IMG/VR virus record: IMGVR_UViG_3300045988_008427 | Coordinates: 1-42,455 of that record | Origin: a virus | Length of the DNA stretch: 42,455 nucleotides | Strand: one strand, 5' to 3' | Shown: piece by piece, positions 35,590-41,449 of the stretch | Layout of the letters: each line of letters starts with the position of its first letter | Position numbering within the stretch: position 1 is the first letter of the stretch | The notes under the pieces: generated by a model | Database searches by the model: none | What the model saw: only the letters and a program-made list of their open reading frames with translations | Told to the model about the DNA's origin: nothing | Program-made: the position numbers and the translations under genes

Positions 35590-35953
35590 TCTTTTCAATC
35601 TCCTTAATGTGATTATTCCACATGGACAGAATTGCATTCATAACACTGCCGTGCATGGATGCCACACCGACAAGAATCATGGCTCCGCCTTTAGTGTACT
35701 TGCAGATCCTGCCTACGACTTCATCACTTCCTTGATACATACCCGAAAAAGTGTAGATCTGTTCGCAGTCGGTGCTAGTGTTACTAGCGGTGCTAGGGTT
35801 ACTAGCGATGAATGTCACTATATAAACACCATCTTTCCAACGATAAAAGAGAATAGAGGCTATGTCAGAGCGTTCGATGACGGTGGTGGTGCGAGTATAC
35901 ATGAGATATCCTCTGGACGCTCCTAGGGCGTTATATGGCTTTCCTAGGGGCAT
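35582..35953 (-). CDS. Hypothetical early protein (123 aa)
   Basis: ORF on the coding strand. An alternative start at M18 has a better SD (AGAGGA). Confidence 0.5.
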   Translation of the reverse strand: MPLGKPYNALGASRGYLMYTRTTTVIERSDIASILFYRWKDGVYIVTFIASNPSTASNTSTDCEQIYTFSGMYQGSDEVVGRICKYTKGGAMILVGVASMHGSVMNAILSMWNNHIKEIEKNA

Positions 35954-35957
35954 TCCT

Positions 35958-36725
35958 TTAGTTGTTTGTCGTGGTTGCTAGAGATCTAGCCCTATGAATC
36001 TGGATAGCCTTTCGAGCTTTGCCCTTGTGAGCACCATGGATACCAAAGATGATTACAACCTTGCGATTCTTAGCACAGAGTTGACAATGATTGCAGTCCA
36101 TGCCTTCCTTGACTTGAGCAGGACACTGTGCACCATACAAGCCCACAGCCTTAAGCTCCTTTTCGGTTTCCTTAGGATCAACAGAGGCAATGACTGCGTT
36201 TATACCTAAGGCTTTAGCATGCTTGACCTCCTCTACAGTCTCACACGAGGCATTGATAAGAAAGCCTTTATGGGCCGCATCATGGATGATGTTCGATGCG
36301 TTTAGGTCAATCATGCAGTGAGTAAATGTGTAACCCTTGATGATCTCTCCTACTACCTTGTTAGCCCCTTCAATGGCTCCTGCGATGGTGTCTACTCTGT
36401 TGGCATCAATTAGGCTTGTGCCCTCGATTGCAATGTCTCCTGCCACATTGTGACGGAACAGGATAGAGTCACGAGTCGGGTTCTTACGGAGCTTGTTAAA
36501 GGCACCTTCAAGGAGACCAATTTTCAGGTGCTCGCCATTAATAACATAGCGAGCATCGGTTTTGTCTTCACAGCGATCCCACACCATCTTCGTGTGACAG
36601 CCTTCGGCATAACACCCGTTGTTCTTAAAGACACAGGATTTGGGGCATGTGCTACGAGAGCTGTAAGACTGCATGATATCGCCCGTTTTCTTGTTGGAAC
36701 TTGTGGGCAGAAAGATCATTTTCAT
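35958..36725 (-). CDS. Cys-rich early protein (255 aa), possibly GP88-family; function unknown
   Basis: The start was moved to the ATG at 36725, which has an AAAGGAA SD. Motifs are STCPKSCVFKNNGCYAEGCH, FRHNVAGDI and the C-terminal CNHCQLC. It lacks a Cx3Cx2C radical-SAM motif. Confidence 0.4.
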   Translation of the reverse strand: MKMIFLPTSSNKKTGDIMQSYSSRSTCPKSCVFKNNGCYAEGCHTKMVWDRCEDKTDARYVINGEHLKIGLLEGAFNKLRKNPTRDSILFRHNVAGDIAIEGTSLIDANRVDTIAGAIEGANKVVGEIIKGYTFTHCMIDLNASNIIHDAAHKGFLINASCETVEEVKHAKALGINAVIASVDPKETEKELKAVGLYGAQCPAQVKEGMDCNHCQLCAKNRKVVIIFGIHGAHKGKARKAIQIHRARSLATTTNN

Positions 36726-36781
36726 GATGGGGATTCCTTTTGCTAGGTTACTGGGGCACCGATGGGCACCCCTTAGGGTTA

Positions 36782-37063
36782 CTAGGCGAGCCAGATACGG
36801 ACGCACTCAGCATAGGTGCCTGTGATTTCGTCTTTGCAGAAGATCGGGTTAATCGTCCCATCTTCCTCTTCGTCGACGATGATGGAGCGTCCTTGAACTA
36901 CATCCTCATCAAACTGGGCGACCATGGTGACCTCACCGCAACTCTCAGGGGCATCCATGGGAATGATCCCCGTGTAGTCACCATTGATGAGAGCAGGAAG
37001 GACCCACTCGGCGACCATGTAGGATGGACATGCGTCCAACAGCTTGCGAATCTTTTCATTCAT
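36782..37063 (-). CDS. Hypothetical early protein (93 aa)
   Basis: The ATG at 37063 is preceded by AAGGAG. The track start at 37069 is TTG. Confidence 0.5.
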   Translation of the reverse strand: MNEKIRKLLDACPSYMVAEWVLPALINGDYTGIIPMDAPESCGEVTMVAQFDEDVVQGRSIIVDEEEDGTINPIFCKDEITGTYAECVRIWLA

Positions 37064-37145
37064 CTTCAATACTCCTTGCTAGATTCAGTGGGATCACTCG
37101 GGAGAGGCCGAAGCCGATTGGCTTACGCCCCTCCCTTAGGACTCG

Positions 37146-37637
37146 TTAGAGATTGTACCACACAATCCCGAGGGTTACAAGGGTGATGATCATGTTAACC
37201 ATGACCATGCCTCCCACAGTCTTGAGGGTGTTCATCAGATCGGTGCTAGTGCTACTAGCGGTGTCATCCTCAACGATGTCCTGTTCGACAGTGTCAACAT
37301 TCTGTTCGACCGGGGTCTCGACCTTAGCGGGTTCATTGCGGGCCTCAACACCATTCACAACCTCGTTGAACTCGGCGAGCATCTCAAGGAGCTCATTGAT
37401 GATGCTAGAGGTCTTGAAGAATTCGACACGACCGCCATTGGCACTGCGGGCCTGAATGGTTTCGACCTTACCGTTCAGGAATTCCACCGTGAACTTGCGG
37501 GCAACCTGATGATTGCGACGACGGTCCGTGTAGTTGTACTGAACACGGACTCGACCGTATCCGAGAGACTCCCAGCGGAAATCACGGGCGAGATTGCCAG
37601 AGGGAAGAGTGATGATGTGAGAGGATCGAACAATCAT
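37146..37637 (-). CDS. First early protein (163 aa) with a C-terminal TM anchor
   Basis: The ATG is preceded by TAAAGGAG. The C-terminus GGMVMVNMIITLVTLGIVWYNL is hydrophobic. Confidence 0.55.
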   Translation of the reverse strand: MIVRSSHIITLPSGNLARDFRWESLGYGRVRVQYNYTDRRRNHQVARKFTVEFLNGKVETIQARSANGGRVEFFKTSSIINELLEMLAEFNEVVNGVEARNEPAKVETPVEQNVDTVEQDIVEDDTASSTSTDLMNTLKTVGGMVMVNMIITLVTLGIVWYNL

Positions 37638-37707
37638 GATGTACTCCTTTAAGTAGTGCTAGCTCCTGCTAGCTGTGGTGGTGAAGAACTCTCGTTCCAT
37701 GCCCTGA

Positions 37708-37736
37708 ACTTTAAAGCATCCAAAGACACCTGTCAA
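37708..37736 (-). promoter_or_regulatory. Host sigma70-type early promoter candidate
   Basis: The minus strand reads TTGACA (37736..37731), a 17-nt spacer, then TAAAGT (37713..37708). It lies about 70 nt upstream of the first early ORF. Confidence 0.5.
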
Positions 37737-37828
37737 GGCCCATCGTGAAAAATACCGCAAACATGGTATCCCATCCCCTAGTGTCTCCACTCTCTCTATA
37801 TAGAGGCTAGCTCGCTAGCAGAGGGGCC

Positions 37829-37888
37829 CTGTGGAGTCCTGTGGAGAGCTGTGGAGAGCTGTGGAGAGCTGTGGAGAGCTGTGGGCTA
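37829..37888. repeat. 10-bp tandem array CTGTGGAGAG x6 (4 perfect copies, 2 degenerate edge copies)
   Basis: Read directly in the non-coding end region. Confidence 0.95.
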
Positions 37889-37983
37889 CCTAAAGGAGTA
37901 CCAAAGGGTACAAAGCACAGATAATGCCACCCAAAGGTAAACAATTGATCCAGATCAAACCCCATATTGACCCAAATCAACCC

Positions 37984-38014
37984 TGTGGACAACCTGTGGA
38001 TAACCTGTGGATAA
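37984..38014 (-). repeat. DnaA-box array 1: three head-to-tail boxes at 11-bp spacing
   Basis: The plus strand has TGTGGACAA, TGTGGATAA and TGTGGATAA (reverse complement TTATCCACA). Two GATC sites lie at 37947 and 37953. Confidence 0.85.
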
Positions 38015-38096
38015 CTTGAAAAAACACTGATAAAACAACCACTTAGGTTACCCTTTAGTATCCTAAGGATGTCTAAGAAGAACCAAAGGACACAGC

Positions 38097-38138
38097 GGGC
38101 ACCTGAGGGCACCCACAGGCACCCCCACGGGGGGCACC
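38097..38138. repeat. Four spaced copies of GGGCACC (one is AGGCACC)
   Basis: Read directly. Two more copies lie at 36752..36772, and the related GGGAACC occurs 3 times at 38256..38285. Confidence 0.8.
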
Positions 38139-38205
38139 CACGCACGTGAACTCCTTAAGTGAGGGTTCACAAATTTGATCAATTTTTATGATCCCCTTGG
38201 TTACC

Positions 38206-38237
38206 TGTGGATAACTCTGTGGATAACCTGTGGATAA
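38206..38237 (-). repeat. DnaA-box array 2: three perfect boxes at 12- and 11-bp spacing
   Basis: TGTGGATAA occurs 3 times on the plus strand. Two GATC sites lie at 38177 and 38190. Confidence 0.85.
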
Positions 38238-38294
38238 CTTTAAATAAAACCCCTCAGGAACCCATTAAGGGAACCCAAGGGGAACTGGAAGTAA

Positions 38295-38438
38295 TTATAG
38301 ACTAGCCACAAGAGTACGTAGAAGAGCATCAACAGTAGTCGCATCCCCATTAAACAAAGACATTATAAAGAGGATGATGATAATGATGATTTTGATGGTG
38401 ATGAATACTTTATTTTTAGTGTTATTGGTATTGTTCAT
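38295..38438 (-). CDS. Small hydrophobic peptide (47 aa) in the end region
   Basis: Hand translation gives MNNTNNTKNKVFITIKIIIIIILFIMSLFNGDATTVDALLRTLVASL. The SD is weak and the sequence is AT-rich, so this may not be a real gene. Confidence 0.25.
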   Translation of the reverse strand: MNNTNNTKNKVFITIKIIIIIILFIMSLFNGDATTVDALLRTLVASL

Positions 38439-38449
38439 TAAGGTCATTC

Positions 38450-38535
38450 CCATAAGGGTCTATAGGCACCTAAAGATTCCCATAAGGGTCTATGGACTAC
38501 CATAAGGGTCTATAGATCCCCATAAGGGTCTATAG
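38450..38535. repeat. Four direct iteron-like repeats CCATAAGGGTCTATRG
   Basis: Copies start at 38450, 38480, 38500 and 38520. The core contains the inverted half-sites CCATA-N6-TATGG. The flanking 38340..38440 is AT-rich. Confidence 0.9.
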
Positions 38536-38605
38536 GTACCCTAAGAGTTTTTTTAAGACTCCATCATCACTGATACCTTTTACTTCTGATACTTTCATTT
38601 CTAAC

Positions 38606-38665
38606 AAAAAAGAGGGGCTAGAAAAGACCTATATGTATATCTATATATGTCTTTCCTAGCCCCCC
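38606..38665 (-). terminator. Intrinsic terminator-like hairpin: 17-bp stem, 20-nt loop, U6
   Basis: The minus-strand RNA is GGGGGGCUAGGAAAGAC-(20 nt)-GUCUUUUCUAGCCCCUC-UUUUUU. All 17 positions pair, two of them as G.U. In the plus-strand RNA those two positions would be A.C mismatches. Confidence 0.75.
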
Positions 38666-38686
38666 TAGGAGTATGGATTTTATTCT
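38659..38686 (-). promoter_or_regulatory. Phage RNAP promoter downstream of terL (equivalent to T7 phiOR by position)
   Basis: The minus strand reads AGAATAAAATCCATACTCCTAGGGGGGC. The predicted +1 (38665) is the first base of the terminator stem. Confidence 0.7.
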
Positions 38687-38787
38687 GAAATGCCCTGTTT
38701 TCTCTATTACATTGTCTTTATTATTTACTGAACAAGTGTTCAATACTAATAAAGCATATTTCAGTTATCACCGATTGCTGGCTAAGG

Positions 38788-40557
38788 CTAGCTCTTGAAT
38801 GTATACCCTTTATCCTTATATCTGTCTACACCCTTAGATGTACCTTTATGGCTATGCTTATCTTCAGTTACCATCACACCTCCGATATTGGACGTATAGA
38901 ATCCATACAGGGACTCCATAGACTCCTCTAGCCATTCTTCGGTTAGTTCTTTAATACCTTCATCAGCATCTACGCCCATGAAGTCCACAAGGTATTTAAC
39001 TCCGATTGCCAGAGCATCGAGACGGTCATCATGAATAAGGGCACCCCTATCAACAGTGATACGAGTGAGCTGATAGAAACAAGCATATTTGTAGTCAGAT
39101 TCAGGTACGGTAGAGTAGTCATTCCTGATACACTCAGGAGTGACACACATTTTATGATTAGAGATTACAGGTTCAAGAGTATCAATGATTCGGAGTTCTT
39201 TTTGTCCCGTAGATTTGACTTCAGTAACCCCACAGTTACTATAGGTTTTCTTAAGTACGGGTTCAAATAGCTTGATGTACATCCCGTCACCAAAATTACC
39301 CTCAATGACTACTTCATTGACTTTGTACTTCTTAGCTACCTTAGCGAGCTTATTAAGGACTACATCAGAATAACCTCCCAATAGACCCCCTACTTCCATG
39401 ACGTAGATATACCCGTTTAGGTAGTAGAGAACGGAATAGCCTGTTTCGTCTTTACCTCTGCCAGACGGGTCAATACATAGGATCTTATGGGTATACGAAA
39501 CTACCTCATTGGATGAGGCATGATAGTAGAAGTAAGAGTCTCCCTTAAGGCCCATCGTAGGACACTCATCAACTGGAACCCTCTTAGAAGGCTCAGGAAG
39601 CCACGTGAGCTTCATTGGAGCCTCGTCTAAGGGGAACATACCAACCAACAGGTCACGAAGCCGCAGAGGGTATTTATCAGCGTCTGAGAGGGTCGTATCA
39701 AGCATGAACTGCAGAGCGAAGCCTGCCTTACGATAAGATAGTTCGCGCTTCTGTAGATCTTCTTCAGAGAATCTAAGGGGGTCTGTAGGCTTACCTGCCC
39801 AACGCTTAGGATCCTTGTCGTACTTGTCAGCAATGATAGAGGCCAATCTATCGCCATAGGAGGCTCTATGAGAGTCATCATAGGGGTACCTAGCGGGATA
39901 GATTACAGCCGTGTAGCCGCGCTCCTGTAGCTCGTTATAGAGGCTCATCTCGTTCTGAGGGGTTCCCAGATACAGGATCTTCTTACCTGCACCAGGCTTT
40001 AGGACAGCGTCAAGCTCTTTGACGAGTTCGAACAGTTGGTCTCTAAGAACCTGAGTAAAGGAGTTACCCGGGGTCTCCACGTCGTCGGCGACGATGATGT
40101 CTGCACGGGAACCCGTTAGCTGGCCCTTAATACCAACAGACTTAACCGAAGGTGAATGATCGGGTTTGGCCGGCCCAATGTCGAAAAGGTTCTGAGTATC
40201 TCGTTGCCCATCTCTAGCCTTCATAAAGTTAAGGAAGGGAAGCTCGTTGATGATCTTCTTAATAAAGGTAGCGTTTGCATCAGCACGCTCCTTATTAGCA
40301 GACACCACCATGATCTTCAGCTGTGGGTCTCTCCAAAGACACCACACCACATATGCACAAGTAATGAACGACTTAGCTACACCGCGGAAACCCATAAGGA
40401 TCATACGGTCGTTCGGGGGATTCTGTAGGAGTTTTGCAATGTCTGTTTGAATAGGGGTCAACGAAGGAAGCCCAATAGATTTCCAAACAAGGTTACAAAA
40501 CAAAGGGAAATTCTCATAATAAGGGAGCAGAGCTTTAGCTTCTTTCTCAGTTAACAC
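38788..40557 (-). CDS. terL: Terminase large subunit, T7 gp19-like
   Basis: GFRGVAKSFITCAYVVWCLWRDPQLKIMVVSANKERADANATFIKKII...PDHSPSVKSVGIKGQLTGSRADIIVADDVE is nearly colinear with T7 gp19. The start is GTG at 40557, directly after an in-frame TGA, and it overlaps the terS stop. Confidence 0.93.
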   Translation of the reverse strand: MLTEKEAKALLPYYENFPLFCNLVWKSIGLPSLTPIQTDIAKLLQNPPNDRMILMGFRGVAKSFITCAYVVWCLWRDPQLKIMVVSANKERADANATFIKKIINELPFLNFMKARDGQRDTQNLFDIGPAKPDHSPSVKSVGIKGQLTGSRADIIVADDVETPGNSFTQVLRDQLFELVKELDAVLKPGAGKKILYLGTPQNEMSLYNELQERGYTAVIYPARYPYDDSHRASYGDRLASIIADKYDKDPKRWAGKPTDPLRFSEEDLQKRELSYRKAGFALQFMLDTTLSDADKYPLRLRDLLVGMFPLDEAPMKLTWLPEPSKRVPVDECPTMGLKGDSYFYYHASSNEVVSYTHKILCIDPSGRGKDETGYSVLYYLNGYIYVMEVGGLLGGYSDVVLNKLAKVAKKYKVNEVVIEGNFGDGMYIKLFEPVLKKTYSNCGVTEVKSTGQKELRIIDTLEPVISNHKMCVTPECIRNDYSTVPESDYKYACFYQLTRITVDRGALIHDDRLDALAIGVKYLVDFMGVDADEGIKELTEEWLEESMESLYGFYTSNIGGVMVTEDKHSHKGTSKGVDRYKDKGYTFKS

Positions 40558-40801
40558 TCATGTCTCCCCTATAGGAATTCTCGAAGTTCTCCCTAGTAGC
40601 CTTCAGGAGCTTACTAAGTGCATTCTCTTCACCCTCTCCAGCCTTAGGGACACAGTCAATGCCATTACGTTCAAGTTCCTTAATGATTGCATTATAGAGC
40701 TGTGGAGACCTCTTATCGGGGTTCCTGAGGTCATTAAGCATGTTCTGAAGCATCTCCTCATGGATGTTACCTAAGAGGCTCTCAAGTCCTTTATAGTCCA
40801 T
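40547..40801 (-). CDS. terS: Terminase small subunit, T7 gp18-like
   Basis: RSPQLYNAI is shared exactly with T7 gp18. At 84 aa it sits immediately upstream of terL. Confidence 0.8.
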   Translation of the reverse strand: MDYKGLESLLGNIHEEMLQNMLNDLRNPDKRSPQLYNAIIKELERNGIDCVPKAGEGEENALSKLLKATRENFENSYRGDMSVN

Positions 40802-41015
40802 TGTTCTTTTCCTTTCTTTTCTTTTCTAACCAAGGTTCTACCCAATGCTTTTTAATCATTGTGCAGATGCCTACAAAAGTATAGATAATTGTGATGACGT
40901 ACACCCAATCGCTAAGAGGTAACCCAAGAATCACAGCACTGGATACTGCCAATGAAGGAGCTACCTGTGCTATGTTCTCTGCTAGGTTACCTGACTCCTC
41001 ATCAAGGGTACTCAT
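40791..41015 (-). CDS. Holin candidate (74 aa, two TM segments, basic C-terminus), T7 gp17.5 position
   Basis: The TM segments are VAPSLAVSSAVILGLPL and WVYVITIIYTFVGICTMI. The C-terminus is KKRKEKNNGL. Confidence 0.5.
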   Translation of the reverse strand: MSTLDEESGNLAENIAQVAPSLAVSSAVILGLPLSDWVYVITIIYTFVGICTMIKKHWVEPWLEKKRKEKNNGL

Positions 41016-41431
41016 TCCTCAAAGAGCTGCTCAAAGTTAGCTTTCTTGAACCCAGTGCCCTTCAGGAGTTTACCGTCTTCTCTGAATTGGGGGTTGTAGT
41101 TGCCCTCACTGTCATAGAACTTACTGGAGTATTCCTTAAGCAGTTCATTCATACCTGCTTCAAGGTCGTAACCCCAAGCATTAGCGTACTGCACACACAC
41201 CCAGATAAGATCACACAGCTCCTTCATTTCGTTAGGGGTACCACTACGCTCCCCAAGAAATTCCTTGAACTCTTCAGCAATACACTTGCTATACAGGATT
41301 GTGCAATCCTTGTACAGTTGGGAGTCCTTCCCTTGGTCATTTCTACAGTGCGTCTTCAGAAACCAGTTCGAAAGTTCCTTCTGGAGATTTCCGATAAGCT
41401 CTTTGGGTTTAGCTTCCATAGTATTCTTCAT
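41012..41431 (-). CDS. MazG-like nucleotide pyrophosphohydrolase
   Basis: An E-x2-E ... E-x2-D type pattern is present (IAEEFKEFL ... EMKELCDLIWV). The protein is a small all-helical type. Confidence 0.5.
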   Translation of the reverse strand: MKNTMEAKPKELIGNLQKELSNWFLKTHCRNDQGKDSQLYKDCTILYSKCIAEEFKEFLGERSGTPNEMKELCDLIWVCVQYANAWGYDLEAGMNELLKEYSSKFYDSEGNYNPQFREDGKLLKGTGFKKANFEQLFEE

Positions 41432-41449
41432 TTTATTCTTTATCCTCTT

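Noticed and set aside
37064-37082. The plus-strand CAATACTCCTTGCTAG matches 10 nt of the phage promoter core
   Set aside because: It lacks the AATAAAAT upstream half and the TAGGGAGA start region. The match is explained by the AAGGAG SD of the minus-strand gene starting at 37063.
37807-38145. A 112-aa minus-strand ORF with a GTG start in the end region
   Set aside because: Its sequence is simply the translation of the 10-bp array, the first DnaA-box array and the GGGCACC repeats (PQLSTALHSSPQLST, YPQVIHRLSTG). There is no SD and the start is GTG. It cannot be strictly excluded.
38719-38737. The palindrome TGAACA-AG-TGTTCA downstream of terL, considered as a LexA-type box or terminator
   Set aside because: It does not fit CTGT-N8-ACAG, and no U-tract follows. 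It is too short to interpret.
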